Shown here piece after piece: positions 18,615-28,530 of a stretch of DNA of 44,625 nucleotides. The stretch lies in UHGV virus genome UHGV-0129366, one strand, 5' to 3'. This DNA comes from a virus. A program made the position numbers and the translations under genes. The notes below the pieces were generated by a model. It saw only the letters and a list, made by a program, of their open reading frames with translations, was not told the origin of the DNA and made no database searches. Each line of letters opens with the position of its first letter. The first letter of the stretch is position 1.

Positions 18615-19343
18615 ATGACAATGAATGAGCTGATAAATAGCAACGTCATCAAAATGACAAGCATTGAAATCGCTGAGTTGGTGGGAAGCCAACACGGTAA
18701 TGTCAGAATATCAATAGAACGTCTGGCAAAGCGTGGGGTGATTCAACTTCCTCCAATGCAAAAAGTTGAAAATAAACAAACAATTAGCCCTAACAAATTC
18801 ACAAGCGTGTATATATTCGAAGGCGAACAAGGTAAGCGAGACAGCATTATTGTCGTCGCTCAGTTGTCGCCGGAATTCACCGCTCGTCTTGTTGACCGTT
18901 GGCGAGAACTCGAAGGGGCAACCGCGAAAATACCACAAACCTTTTCTGAGGCATTGCGCCTTGCGGCCGACCTTGAAGACCAGAAGGCTGAACTGGAGAA
19001 ACAGCTTGCTCTCGCAGCACCTAAAGTTGAGTTTGCCGATCGCGTTGGCGAGGCCAGCGGAATTTTGATTGGAAACTTTGCAAAGGTTGTTGGAATTGGT
19101 CCAAACAAACTGTTTGCGTGGATGCGCGATCACAAAATCCTTATTGCTTCAGGTTCCCGGCGCAATGTGCCAATGCAGGAATATATGGATCGCGGCTATT
19201 TCACAGTGAAAGAAACAGCGGTCAACACAAATCACGGAATACAGATATCGTTCACCACAAAAATCACCGGGCGTGGTCAACAGTGGCTGACCAGAAAGCT
19301 GCTCGATAACGGAATGCTGAAAGTAACAGGGGAGGCTGCTTAA
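18615..19343 (+). CDS. Rha/KilAC-type phage regulatory (antirepressor-like) protein
   Basis: 242 aa; N-terminal Rha-like motif SIEIAELVGSQHGNVRISIERL. Confidence 0.6.
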   Translation: MTMNELINSNVIKMTSIEIAELVGSQHGNVRISIERLAKRGVIQLPPMQKVENKQTISPNKFTSVYIFEGEQGKRDSIIVVAQLSPEFTARLVDRWRELEGATAKIPQTFSEALRLAADLEDQKAELEKQLALAAPKVEFADRVGEASGILIGNFAKVVGIGPNKLFAWMRDHKILIASGSRRNVPMQEYMDRGYFTVKETAVNTNHGIQISFTTKITGRGQQWLTRKLLDNGMLKVTGEAA

Positions 19344-19633
19344 TGGCTAACCTACGCAAAGAAGCGCGCGGCAGAGAATGTCAGGTACGTATTTACGGCG
19401 TATGCAATGGCAATCCTGAAACTACAGTTCTGGCACATTACCGGATGGCTGGAATTTGCGGAACGGGAATGAAACCTGACGACCTGATCGGCGCATGGGC
19501 TTGTAGTGACTGCCACGCGGAGATCGACCGACGCACAAGGATTCTCGACAACAAAGACGCCAGACTTTACCACCTCGAAGGCGTGATCAGGACGCAGGCG
19601 ATACTGCTGAAGGAGGGGAAGATTAAGTCATGA
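19343..19633 (+). CDS. YbcO-like (DUF1364) putative nuclease
   Basis: 96 aa; ARGRECQVRI...CNGNPETTVLAH...CSDCHAEIDRR cysteine/histidine pattern as in DLP12 YbcO. Confidence 0.7.
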   Translation: MANLRKEARGRECQVRIYGVCNGNPETTVLAHYRMAGICGTGMKPDDLIGAWACSDCHAEIDRRTRILDNKDARLYHLEGVIRTQAILLKEGKIKS

Positions 19634-19992
19634 ACGAATATCAGTTTGTGCTTCCATACCCGCCGTCGGTGAACACCTACTGGCGAAGACGGGGAAGCCA
19701 ATACTACATCAGCGATAAAGGCCAGAAATACCGAAAAGACGTTCAGCAAATAATCCGCCAACTCAAGTTAGACATTTTCACCAAATCAAGACTCCGCATC
19801 AAAGTCATCGCAGACGTTCCAGACTCCCGCCGCCGCGACCTCGACAACATCCTGAAAGGTTTCCTCGACTCCCTTATCCACGCCGGATTTGCGGAAGACG
19901 ACGAGCAATTCGATGACATTCGCGTAATTCGTGGTGTGAAAGTACCAGGCGGACGGCTTGGAATAAAAATCACCGAACTGGAGAACGTATGA
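19630..19992 (+). CDS. rusA: Holliday junction resolvase RusA
   Basis: 120 aa; LPYPPSVNTYWRRRG...DSRRRDLDNILKGFLDSL...GGRLGIKITEL matches the RusA family. Confidence 0.9.
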   Translation: MNEYQFVLPYPPSVNTYWRRRGSQYYISDKGQKYRKDVQQIIRQLKLDIFTKSRLRIKVIADVPDSRRRDLDNILKGFLDSLIHAGFAEDDEQFDDIRVIRGVKVPGGRLGIKITELENV

Positions 19993-20132
19993 ACAAAGCA
20001 TTCGAACGATATATGCGCCAGCGTTATGGCAATCGCTATGACCTGACGCGAGATGTTGAAGGTTTCTACTGTAGTGAAATTGTGAAACGAATGTTTGAAG
20101 TTTGGTGTCATTGCAAAGGATGGGAGGTCTGA
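19989..20132 (+). CDS. Small hypothetical protein (47 aa)
   Basis: ATGA-coupled to the rusA stop; its stop overlaps the Q-like start (TGATG); contains CxxE...CHC residues. Confidence 0.3.
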   Translation: MNKAFERYMRQRYGNRYDLTRDVEGFYCSEIVKRMFEVWCHCKGWEV

Positions 20133-20746
20133 TGCGGCTAACTCCAGTATTCAGCATGGTTAACTTCATTAATGACGCGCACTTTCGCCGCGTATGGAGA
20201 CACCCGAAGAAAACCATCAACTCTAGCCAGAAAGCATGGGTTCATTACATGTTACAGGTATGGGGCAAGGTTAATACCGGAGATTGCTCTCCAGGTGGTG
20301 CAATTAACGTTATCGGTCGTCTGATGATTCGCAGTCAGTGGAGCGATGACAAGGCTAAGCAGATAGAGTCTGTCGTCATGCGCCTGTACGAAGAAGATGG
20401 GCTGCGCGGAGATGAGCTATACAAGAAAGCTCGCGAACTGGTCATTCCTCAATCATCGTTTAGCCACATCATCACTCTCGCCAAAGAATCAGATGATGCG
20501 GCTTTCGTTGAACGTGTGATGGTTAAAACGTTTCACCGTGAAAGCCCTGTCCGCGATGTAGCTATTAAGCGATATTGCAATCGCAATTGCACGCAAGATA
20601 TAGCCAGGATTATTTCTTATATAACAGGTGCTGATATTCAGTATTGTCGTAAGCGAGTGGTGTGGTGTGAGAAAGTGCTGGAGTCAGAAATGTTTTATGC
20701 AATGAAACGAGAATTGGAGAAAGAATTTCCATTAATAGCGGCCTGA
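20132..20746 (+). CDS. Putative late-gene antiterminator Q (family uncertain)
   Basis: 204 aa after rusA and before the late terminator and lysis genes; C-terminal Cys pairs (CNRNC, CRKRVVWC); no similarity to lambda Q noticed, so the call is positional. Confidence 0.5.
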   Translation: MRLTPVFSMVNFINDAHFRRVWRHPKKTINSSQKAWVHYMLQVWGKVNTGDCSPGGAINVIGRLMIRSQWSDDKAKQIESVVMRLYEEDGLRGDELYKKARELVIPQSSFSHIITLAKESDDAAFVERVMVKTFHRESPVRDVAIKRYCNRNCTQDIARIISYITGADIQYCRKRVVWCEKVLESEMFYAMKRELEKEFPLIAA

Positions 20747-20904
20747 ACTGAAATAATTTTGTAAATGCGTTGCTTCCGAGAAATGAAAGTGGTATTTTTT
20801 GTATATGCTCGGAGCAAAAGCGAACTGAGCAGTGAAATTGAAATCCTGATTTCCCCGGTCGTCGATAATATTTAGGGTCGACATACTGGCTAGATTAGGT
20901 AAGA

Positions 20905-20932
20905 GCCTCGGCAGAAACGTCGGGGCTTTTTT
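20905..20932 (+). terminator. tR-prime-like terminator of the short late leader transcript
   Basis: Hairpin gcctcggc/agaaac/gtcggggc (two G-U pairs) followed by TTTTTT, about 160 nt after the Q-like stop. Confidence 0.45.
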
Positions 20933-21262
20933 GTTTGCATAACAGGTAAGAGCATTGAACCCGCAGACCTCGCGGAATTGGTGAAAGGTGCCGCGCAGTG
21001 CTCTTATCGTTGTGGTGAATGCGCAGGCTGATGCGCGAAAGACATTGCAGCTATTGCGGAAAAGAGCTGTTCGGCGGGGCAATTAAACGCCCGTGAGAGT
21101 CTGAAATAACCGCAAGCCGGAGATCAGCACCGGTCGCCACAATCCAAACTGAGCCGTAGCCACTGGCTGTCCTGAATTCATCAGTGATAGTTACGCTGCG
21201 GCCTTCTTTTTTCCCTTCCCAATATAAGAACTACGCAATCCGTTACTGGCGGAGGCGTTGCT

Positions 21263-21478
21263 ATGAAATCAATGGACAAAATCTCAACTGGCATTGCCTA
21301 CGGCACCTCCGCAGGCAGTGCTGGCTACTGGTTTTTACAGTGGCTTGATCAGGTCAGTCCGTCACAGTGGGCTGCGATTGGTGTACTGGGGAGTCTGGTT
21401 CTGGGCTTCCTGACTTATCTGACAAATCTGTACTTCAAAATCAGAGAAGACAAGCGTAAGGCTGCACGGGGAGAGTAA
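21263..21478 (+). CDS. S: Phage-21-type pinholin/antiholin S (dual start)
   Basis: 71 aa [53 protein letters not shown]... matches S21/EssD; the MKSM dual-start motif is present. Confidence 0.9.
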   Translation: MKSMDKISTGIAYGTSAGSAGYWFLQWLDQVSPSQWAAIGVLGSLVLGFLTYLTNLYFKIREDKRKAARGE

Positions 21479-21482
21479 TTCA

Positions 21483-21833
21483 ATGACTCAAAACTATGAA
21501 CTGATTGTGAAAGGGATCCGCAATTTTGAGAATAAAGTTACGGTAACTTTAGCGTTACGGGACAAAAAACGCTTTGACGGTGAAATTTTTGACCTGGACA
21601 TCTCGCTGGACCGTGTTGAAGGTGCCGCGCTGGAGTTTTATGAGGCAGCAGCCAGAAGGAGCATCAGACAGGTCTTCCTGGATGGCGCTGCCGGGTTATG
21701 TGAAGGGGATGAGCAGTCGCCGGAAAAGCGCCCCATAATTTTAGAGGCGCAGAATGTGTGGATAACCTACAAAGGAAAGCTACCAGGAAGAATTACTGGT
21801 TCTCTGAAGACTCCTCCGGAATCACAACCTTAA
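21483..21833 (+). CDS. Hypothetical protein inserted between holin and endolysin (116 aa)
   Basis: ORF with GGGGAGAG SD; no family recognised. Confidence 0.5.
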   Translation: MTQNYELIVKGIRNFENKVTVTLALRDKKRFDGEIFDLDISLDRVEGAALEFYEAAARRSIRQVFLDGAAGLCEGDEQSPEKRPIILEAQNVWITYKGKLPGRITGSLKTPPESQP

Positions 21834-21896
21834 GTCACTGACCGGAACAGATAAACCTGTCCGTGGGCAGAAACCGATAAATCCTGATAAATATCC

Positions 21897-22430
21897 ATGA
21901 ACGCAAAAATCAGATACGGCCTGTCGGCTGCCGTTCTGGCGCTGATTGCTGCAGGCTCGTCTGCTCCTCAAATACTTGACCAGTTTCTGGATGAAAAAGA
22001 GGGTAACCACACTACGGCATACCGCGATGGTTCCGGTATATGGACCATCTGTCGTGGTGCCACAATGGTGGATGGTAAGCCCGTCATACCGGGAATGAAG
22101 CTGTCGAAGGAAAAATGCGACCAGGTTAACGCTATTGAACGTGATAAGGCGCTGGCATGGGTGGAGCGCAATATTAAAGTACCACTGACCGAACCACAGA
22201 AAGCGGGTATAGCGTCATTTTGTCCCTATAACATTGGCCCCGGTAAGTGTTTCCCGTCGACGTTTTATAAGCGGCTGAATGCCGGTGATCGTAAGAGTGC
22301 ATGTGAGGCGATTCGCTGGTGGATAAAAGATGGTGGGCGCGATTGCCGCATACGTTCAAATAACTGCTATGGACAGGTTATTCGTCGTGACCAGGAAAGC
22401 GCATTAGCCTGTTGGGGGATAGATCAGTGA
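21897..22430 (+). CDS. R: SAR endolysin (T4-lysozyme fold)
   Basis: 177 aa; N-terminal SAR segment [18 protein letters not shown]; catalytic E-x8-D-x5-T ([16 protein letters not shown]). Confidence 0.9.
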   Translation: MNAKIRYGLSAAVLALIAAGSSAPQILDQFLDEKEGNHTTAYRDGSGIWTICRGATMVDGKPVIPGMKLSKEKCDQVNAIERDKALAWVERNIKVPLTEPQKAGIASFCPYNIGPGKCFPSTFYKRLNAGDRKSACEAIRWWIKDGGRDCRIRSNNCYGQVIRRDQESALACWGIDQ

Positions 22431-22894
22431 GCAGAGTCGCCGCGATTATTTATGCTCTGGTTATCTGCATCATCGTCTGCCTGTCGTGGGCGGTCAATCA
22501 TTACCGTGATAACGCCATCGCCTACAAAGAACAGCGTGATAAAAAAGTCAGTGAGCTGAAGCAGGCGACCGCCACCATTACTGACATGCAGCAACGCCAG
22601 CGTGCTGCTGATGTACTCGATGCTAAATACACGAAGGAGTTGGCTGATGCGAAAGCTGAAAATGATGCTCTTCGGCGCAAGCTTGATAATGGTGGTCGGG
22701 TGCTCGTCAAAGGAAAATGCTCTGTGCCATCCTCAGCCGAAACCTCCAGCGCCTCCGGCATGGGCAATGATGCCACCGTCGAACTCTCTCCAGTTGCTGG
22801 ACGAAACGTTCTCGGTATCCGGGACGGAATCATCAGAGACCAGACAGCACTGAGAACGCTTCAGGAATATATCAGGACGCAATGCCTTCGATGA
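22412..22894 (+). CDS. Rz: Rz i-spanin
   Basis: N-terminal TM segment [17 protein letters not shown] then coiled-coil; overlaps endolysin end; the start may be the GTG at 22427. Confidence 0.8.
   Translation: MGDRSVSRVAAIIYALVICIIVCLSWAVNHYRDNAIAYKEQRDKKVSELKQATATITDMQQRQRAADVLDAKYTKELADAKAENDALRRKLDNGGRVLVKGKCSVPSSAETSSASGMGNDATVELSPVAGRNVLGIRDGIIRDQTALRTLQEYIRTQCLR
22647..22853 (+). CDS. Rz1: Rz1 o-spanin lipoprotein embedded in Rz
   Basis: +1 frame inside Rz; [22 protein letters not shown] lipobox signal then Pro-rich PKPPAPPAW. Confidence 0.75.
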   Translation: MRKLKMMLFGASLIMVVGCSSKENALCHPQPKPPAPPAWAMMPPSNSLQLLDETFSVSGTESSETRQH

Positions 22895-23115
22895 TAGAGA
22901 TAATTTTACTCATCATCCTTCACATCTGGCTCTGTAGACAGGGTGGTGATCACTTCTGGAGTGAATCCAGATTAAACATCTCATTGCTGATGCTTGATAT
23001 TGAGCATCTGGCGCGCGGTAAGGGGCTGCGTTGAGATAAGAGTCAGTCATTACAAATACCAGGATTTAGCCTCGCATTCGCGGGGCTTTTTATTCCCAAC
23101 TCTATAGGTAATTTT

Positions 23116-23595
23116 ATGACCCAGCATATTGGCGTAAAGCTGATTAACGCCTTTCCGATGACGAGACAGGCATATAACGATTTTCGTGGCTGGCAGCTTC
23201 CTGCCGGAGAAAACGGCGAGGACGAAGGCTATCTGGTTGAATATCTGGATGGCGGAAAACCTAACACCGATCGCTTTGATGGCTACGTTAGCTGGAGTCC
23301 AAAAGAAGTATTCGAAAAGGCTTATCGTCCGGTATCAGGGCTAAGTTTCGGCCTTGCCATGGAAGCGTTAAAACAGGGCAAAAGTTTGCAGCGGGCAGGA
23401 TGGAATGGGAAAGACCAGTTTGTTTATCTCGTGAAAGGGGAAAAATTAGCGTCTGCGTTGGGTTATGGCTTTGGCGAATATGTTGGCGAGCCAACTTTCA
23501 ATGACACGCTTGTATTGAAAAACTCACAGAACCGCCTTGCTACATGGGTTCCATCCATTGGCGACCTGATGGCTGAAGACTGGCAAATCATTTAA
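23116..23595 (+). CDS. DUF2829-domain protein (Tad2-like candidate anti-defence protein) with an unknown N-terminal domain
   Basis: C-terminal half FGLAMEALKQGKSLQRAGWNGKDQFVYLV...DLMAEDWQII matches the remembered DUF2829 pattern; flanked by terminator-like hairpins. Confidence 0.5.
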   Translation: MTQHIGVKLINAFPMTRQAYNDFRGWQLPAGENGEDEGYLVEYLDGGKPNTDRFDGYVSWSPKEVFEKAYRPVSGLSFGLAMEALKQGKSLQRAGWNGKDQFVYLVKGEKLASALGYGFGEYVGEPTFNDTLVLKNSQNRLATWVPSIGDLMAEDWQII

Positions 23596-23832
23596 CCATG
23601 TAGGCATTACAAAGCCTATCTACGGGTGGGCTTGATAATGAAACCGGAGTTAATTTCTGGTCACTAATTAACGGCAGTACAGCGAAACAACCCAAGCCAG
23701 TAAGTGGGGAAATAACACTGGCAGCCACTGAAAGATGAACCTCCAGCCTTATGGCAAAAAAGATTCTTTGTGGTGGCGGACTGATGGAAAGACATCCGCT
23801 GAATCGATGATGAACAAGTGGAAGAGGTTGTG

Positions 23833-24003
23833 ATGGTTTCCGTGAACAAAGATCCGAAGGAAGGCGTTGAATACATCACTGGTGCTGATGGTGTGAAAAG
23901 GCCAATGGCTTATTACAAAGCGGCCGAAGAGAGGGCAAGAATGGAAAATCCCCCTAAATGCGGATCATTTTTCGACATGCTGGACCTTCAATGGAAGTTG
24001 TGA
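23833..24003 (+). CDS. Small hypothetical protein (56 aa)
   Basis: ATG with GAAGAGG SD; followed by a hairpin plus T-run near 24013-24040. Confidence 0.35.
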   Translation: MVSVNKDPKEGVEYITGADGVKRPMAYYKAAEERARMENPPKCGSFFDMLDLQWKL

Positions 24004-24142
24004 ACAACTAACAGGTCGCTCAGGCGGCCTTTTTTATTGCCATCACAAAAGCCATTCCTTACTGAGTGGCTTTGATAATGGCTTATACCCTACACGGGAT
24101 AACTTAACTGATATCCCTTTTAACGGATAAACGGAGCCAACA

Positions 24143-24385
24143 ATGGCAGAGATTATTCCCATGACTGAAGAACAGAAATTCCAGTTAGAGATTTACAAAC
24201 TGGTCATGAACCAGAACGCAGCCGCAGAAGAAGCATTTCAATTCATTGGAACTGACGAGCTGAAGCTTGAACTATTCAAAATTCACTTCCAGTCAGGCGG
24301 CGCTAATTCGGATATCACGATCCGCACATTTGAAGCGGTGCGTAAATCGAAGGAAGCGTTAGACCTGTTCACTACCGGAGCATAA
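24143..24385 (+). CDS. Hypothetical protein upstream of terminase
   Basis: 80-aa ORF with ACGGAG SD. Confidence 0.4.
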   Translation: MAEIIPMTEEQKFQLEIYKLVMNQNAAAEEAFQFIGTDELKLELFKIHFQSGGANSDITIRTFEAVRKSKEALDLFTTGA

Positions 24386-24387
24386 AC

Positions 24388-24828
24388 ATGGCGCGCCCAA
24401 CAAAGTATCAAGAGGCGTACGCCGAACAGGCACGCAAACTGTGCTTGCTGGGCTACACCGATGCAGAGCTTGCTGATTTCTTCGAAGTCAGTGAGTCAAC
24501 TATTAACAAGTGGAAGCTTGATTATCCTGAGTTTTCGGAGTCCATAAAAAAGGGTAAGGCCGTCGCTGATGCAGAAGTTAGTGATCGTCTTTATCAACGC
24601 GCTATGGGCTTCGTGGCTCCAGATATCGATATTCGTGTTATTGAAAACAGAATTGTCGAAACTCCGCTTGAGAAGTATTACCCGCCTGATACAACCGCTG
24701 CCATTTTCTGGCTTAAGAACCGACAGAAGGATAAATGGCGCGACAAGGTTGATCACGAGCTAACAGGCAAAGACGGCGGCGCAATTCAGATTGAAACATC
24801 ACCGATGAGCACTCTATTCGGAAAATGA
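24388..24828 (+). CDS. terS: Terminase small subunit (Sf6 gp1-like)
   Basis: 146 aa; N-terminal HTH region; C-terminus ...GKDGGAIQIETSPMSTLFGK as in Sf6-type TerS; overlaps terL start. Confidence 0.85.
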   Translation: MARPTKYQEAYAEQARKLCLLGYTDAELADFFEVSESTINKWKLDYPEFSESIKKGKAVADAEVSDRLYQRAMGFVAPDIDIRVIENRIVETPLEKYYPPDTTAAIFWLKNRQKDKWRDKVDHELTGKDGGAIQIETSPMSTLFGK

Positions 24829-26240
24829 CCTCGATTAATCCTATCTTTGAACCGTTCATTGAGGCGCATCGCTACAAAGTTGCCAAAGGCGGTCGAGGTA
24901 GCGGTAAATCATGGGCAATTGCGAGGCTGCTTGTTGAAGCGGCGCGTCGGCAGCCTGTGCGCATACTCTGCGCTCGTGAACTGCAAAACAGTATCAGCGA
25001 TTCGGTAATCCGGTTGCTTGAAGATACCATTGAGCGGGAAGGGTATTCGGCTGAGTTTGAAATTCAGCGTTCCATGATTCGTCATCTTGGAACGAATGCT
25101 GAATTCATGTTCTACGGCATCAAAAACAACCCGACGAAGATTAAATCGCTCGAAGGCATTGATATCTGCTGGGTGGAAGAAGCGGAAGCGGTAACGAAGG
25201 AATCATGGGATATCCTGATACCAACCATCCGTAAGCCATTTTCCGAAATATGGGTGAGCTTTAACCCAAAGAACATCCTCGACGATACCTATCAGCGATT
25301 CGTCGTAAATCCTCCCGATGATATTTGCCTGCTGACGGTGAACTACACCGACAACCCGCACTTTCCTGAAGTTCTCCGTCTGGAGATGGAAGAGTGCAAA
25401 CGCAGAAATCCGACACTGTATCGTCACATCTGGCTTGGTGAGCCAGTAAGCGCAAGTGATATGGCAATCATCAAACGTGAATGGCTTGAAGCCGCAACCG
25501 ATGCGCACAAGAAACTCGGATGGAAAGCGAAAGGCGCGGTTGTTTCTGCGCATGACCCATCAGATACAGGGCCGGATGCCAAAGGTTATGCATCGCGTCA
25601 CGGTTCGGTAGTTAAGCGTATTGCCGAAGGTCTGCTGATGGACATCAACGAGGGCGCTGACTGGGCTACTTCGCTGGCGATTGAAGACGGCGCTGACCAT
25701 TACCTGTGGGATGGTGATGGTGTTGGTGCCGGGCTACGCAGACAGACAACGGAAGCGTTCTCCGGCAAGAAAATCACCGCCACGATGTTCAAGGGCAGTG
25801 AATCGCCATTCGATGAAGATGCGCCGTATCAGGCCGGAGCATGGGCTGATGAAGTCGTACAGGGTGACAACGTTCGCACTATTGGCGATGTGTTCCGCAA
25901 TAAGCGAGCACAATTCTATTACGCGCTGGCTGACAGGCTGTATCTGACATATCGGGCGGTTGTTCACGGTGAGTATGCAGACCCAGACGACATGCTGAGT
26001 TTCGACAAAGAAGCGATAGGCGAGAAGATGCTGGAGAAGCTGTTTGCAGAACTGACGCAGATTCAGCGCAAATTCAATAACAACGGGAAGCTGGAGCTTA
26101 TGACTAAGGTCGAAATGAAGCAGAAGCTCGGTATTCCATCTCCTAACCTGGCTGATGCGTTGATGATGTGTATGCATTGTCCGGAGTCGGCTGCGCAACC
26201 CGACTATTCCAGTTACTCAATTCCTTGTGGTGTAGGTTGA
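24825..26240 (+). CDS. terL: Terminase large subunit
   Basis: 471 aa; Walker A KGGRGSGKS, Walker B DICWVEEAE, C-terminal nuclease domain. Confidence 0.92.
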   Translation: MTSINPIFEPFIEAHRYKVAKGGRGSGKSWAIARLLVEAARRQPVRILCARELQNSISDSVIRLLEDTIEREGYSAEFEIQRSMIRHLGTNAEFMFYGIKNNPTKIKSLEGIDICWVEEAEAVTKESWDILIPTIRKPFSEIWVSFNPKNILDDTYQRFVVNPPDDICLLTVNYTDNPHFPEVLRLEMEECKRRNPTLYRHIWLGEPVSASDMAIIKREWLEAATDAHKKLGWKAKGAVVSAHDPSDTGPDAKGYASRHGSVVKRIAEGLLMDINEGADWATSLAIEDGADHYLWDGDGVGAGLRRQTTEAFSGKKITATMFKGSESPFDEDAPYQAGAWADEVVQGDNVRTIGDVFRNKRAQFYYALADRLYLTYRAVVHGEYADPDDMLSFDKEAIGEKMLEKLFAELTQIQRKFNNNGKLELMTKVEMKQKLGIPSPNLADALMMCMHCPESAAQPDYSSYSIPCGVG

Positions 26241-26241
26241 T

Positions 26242-28440
26242 ATGGCAGAAAAAAAGATGACTGACTGGCATCGCAAGGTGCTGTGCAACTTTGATAATGC
26301 CTGGTCAGCAACGCAGGATATGCGTGAGCAGATTATTGAGGCTCAACGTTTCGTCCGGGTGTCCGGCGCACAGTGGGAAGGCAGCACAAACGCTGGTTAC
26401 TCATTTGATGAAGGCAGGTTTGAGCATTACCCGCGCTTTGAACTGAATAAGATTGCCCGTGAATGTGATCGCATCATTGGCGAGTATCGACAGAATCGCA
26501 TCAGCGTTAAATTCAGGCCGAAGGATGACAAGGCATCGGAAGCGTTAGCCGAAAAGATGAACGGCAAATTCCGCGCTGATTATCAGGAAACATCCGGTGG
26601 CGAAGCGTGTGATAACGCATTTGATGATGCTGTAACGGGCGGATTCGGTTGTTTCCGCATGTGTGCTGATTACGAAGATGAAATGGATCCGAGTAACGAG
26701 CAGCGACGCATCAGCCTTCTTCCTGTTTACGACCCGGCGACATGCGTCTTCTTCGATCAGGACAGCAAGCAATATGACCGCTCTGATGCTATGTGGGCTA
26801 TGGAAATGTTCTCCATGACGCCTAAAGCGTTCGAGGCTGAATACCCTGATTCCATCGCGGCAAGCCTTTCTCGTGATGACACTGGTACTCAGTATGACTG
26901 GTCAACGCCTGACGCCATCTATGTTGGACGCTACTACGAAGTCCGCATAGAGAAGGTGAAGCTCACAGCATGGCGTAACCCTGTCAGCGGAGAAACGGCA
27001 ATCTATGATGAAGAGCAAATCAAAGATATTGTCGACGAGCTGACCGATGGTGCATTCGAACTGATTGGCGAGCGAACGGTGAAGAAACGCCGAGTTTATT
27101 GCGGTCTTCTGTCTGGCGCTGAATGGCTGGAAGAACCGAAGCGTATTCCGGGCGAACATATTCCTCTCATCCCGGTATATGGGCGTCGTTCATTTGTTGA
27201 TAATCAGGAGCGAATCGAAGGCCACGCAGCAAAAGCGATGGATGCACAGCGTCTTGAGAACCTGATGGTTTCCATGATTGCAGATAACGCCACTCAGGCT
27301 GGCGGTGATGGCATTCCTATCGTGGATGTTGATTTCATTCCCGGCCCATTAATGAACCACTGGGCAGAGAGGAATAAGAAAAGACCTGCAGTTCTTCCTA
27401 TGACCAGCAAGAAGGACAAAAACGGAACGGTCATTTCAGAGGCTCAGGTTGCTGGCTGGACACCTCCGACACAAATGCCTCCAGCTCTTGCAGGGCTATT
27501 GCAGTACACCGGAACGGCTATTCAGCAAATTACAGGTGCGTCGCAGCTTGAGAACATGCCGAGCAACGTCGCTACCGATACCGTTGATAGCATCTTTAAC
27601 CGGATGGACACGCAGTCCTATATCTACATGGACAACATGGCTAAATCCATGCGCCGTGCTGGCGTCGTGTGGCTTTCTATGGCTCGTGAAGTCTATGGCA
27701 GCGATACGCCAATGCGCATCGTTAATGAGGATGACAGCGATGACGTGGCGCTGATGACTGGTGAAGTGGTTGACCGTCAGACAGGGCAGGTTATCGCGCT
27801 TAACGACCTTTCGCAGGGTAACTATGAAGTGACTGTCGATGTCGGTCAGTCGTTCGCTACTCGCCGTGATGCAACGGTTAAGTCGTTACTTTCCATGCTG
27901 GCACTTATCCCGCCAGGAACGCCGAAGCATGACCTTGTATCGTCGATGATTCTCGACAATATGGACGGCGAAGGGATGGACGACCTGAAAGAATACAACC
28001 GCAATCAGTTGCTTCTGTCTGGCGTTATCAAGCCGAGAACGCCTGAAGAACAGCAAATGGTTGAGCAGGCGAAACAACAACAGGCCAGTCAGCCAGATCC
28101 GGCTATGGTTGCAGCGCAAGGTCAGCTTCTGGCTGGTCAGGCTGAATTGCAGAAAGCGCAGAACGAACAGGCAGCCATTCAGGTTAAAGCATTCCAGGCA
28201 CAGACTGATGCTCAGGTTGCAGCGGCAAATGTTGTGAAAATCCTCGCATCTGCCGATAGCCAGCAGAAATCTGATATCCGCGAGGCTCTGAAACTGCTCG
28301 GACAGTTCCAGCAACAGCAAGGAGACAATGCCCGTGCTGATGCAGAGCTTGTCCTGAAAAGTCAGGCACAGGGCCATGCGCAGCGCATGGACATCAGCAG
28401 CATCCTGCAAAAATCAACTCAGCAACAACCACAGCAGTAA
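26242..28440 (+). CDS. Portal protein (P22 gp1-like)
   Basis: 732 aa; C-terminal Gln-rich barrel PETPEEQQMVEQAKQQQ...ADAELVLKSQAQGHAQRMDI parallels P22 gp1. Confidence 0.92.
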   Translation: MAEKKMTDWHRKVLCNFDNAWSATQDMREQIIEAQRFVRVSGAQWEGSTNAGYSFDEGRFEHYPRFELNKIARECDRIIGEYRQNRISVKFRPKDDKASEALAEKMNGKFRADYQETSGGEACDNAFDDAVTGGFGCFRMCADYEDEMDPSNEQRRISLLPVYDPATCVFFDQDSKQYDRSDAMWAMEMFSMTPKAFEAEYPDSIAASLSRDDTGTQYDWSTPDAIYVGRYYEVRIEKVKLTAWRNPVSGETAIYDEEQIKDIVDELTDGAFELIGERTVKKRRVYCGLLSGAEWLEEPKRIPGEHIPLIPVYGRRSFVDNQERIEGHAAKAMDAQRLENLMVSMIADNATQAGGDGIPIVDVDFIPGPLMNHWAERNKKRPAVLPMTSKKDKNGTVISEAQVAGWTPPTQMPPALAGLLQYTGTAIQQITGASQLENMPSNVATDTVDSIFNRMDTQSYIYMDNMAKSMRRAGVVWLSMAREVYGSDTPMRIVNEDDSDDVALMTGEVVDRQTGQVIALNDLSQGNYEVTVDVGQSFATRRDATVKSLLSMLALIPPGTPKHDLVSSMILDNMDGEGMDDLKEYNRNQLLLSGVIKPRTPEEQQMVEQAKQQQASQPDPAMVAAQGQLLAGQAELQKAQNEQAAIQVKAFQAQTDAQVAAANVVKILASADSQQKSDIREALKLLGQFQQQQGDNARADAELVLKSQAQGHAQRMDISSILQKSTQQQPQQ

Positions 28441-28530
28441 TTAACCCATAACGTGCAATGGCTGTCTTTATGAGGCCTGGCACCCTATTGCCTTCCGATG
28501 GGCTGAACATCGAGTAAACAGGGGTAACAA

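Noticed and set aside
20732-21082. 116-aa minus-strand ORF in the Q-to-holin intergenic region
   Set aside because: Antisense to the late transcript, spans the terminator hairpin and has no convincing RBS.
20747-21262. tRNA genes or toxin cargo between Q and S, as in some Stx-type lambdoid phages
   Set aside because: No cloverleaf-compatible sequence or T-loop motif was seen and there is no long ORF; it cannot be fully excluded without tRNAscan.
25734-26198. 154-aa minus-strand ORF
   Set aside because: Antisense within the terminase large subunit gene.
27886-28410. 174-aa minus-strand ORF
   Set aside because: Antisense within the portal gene.
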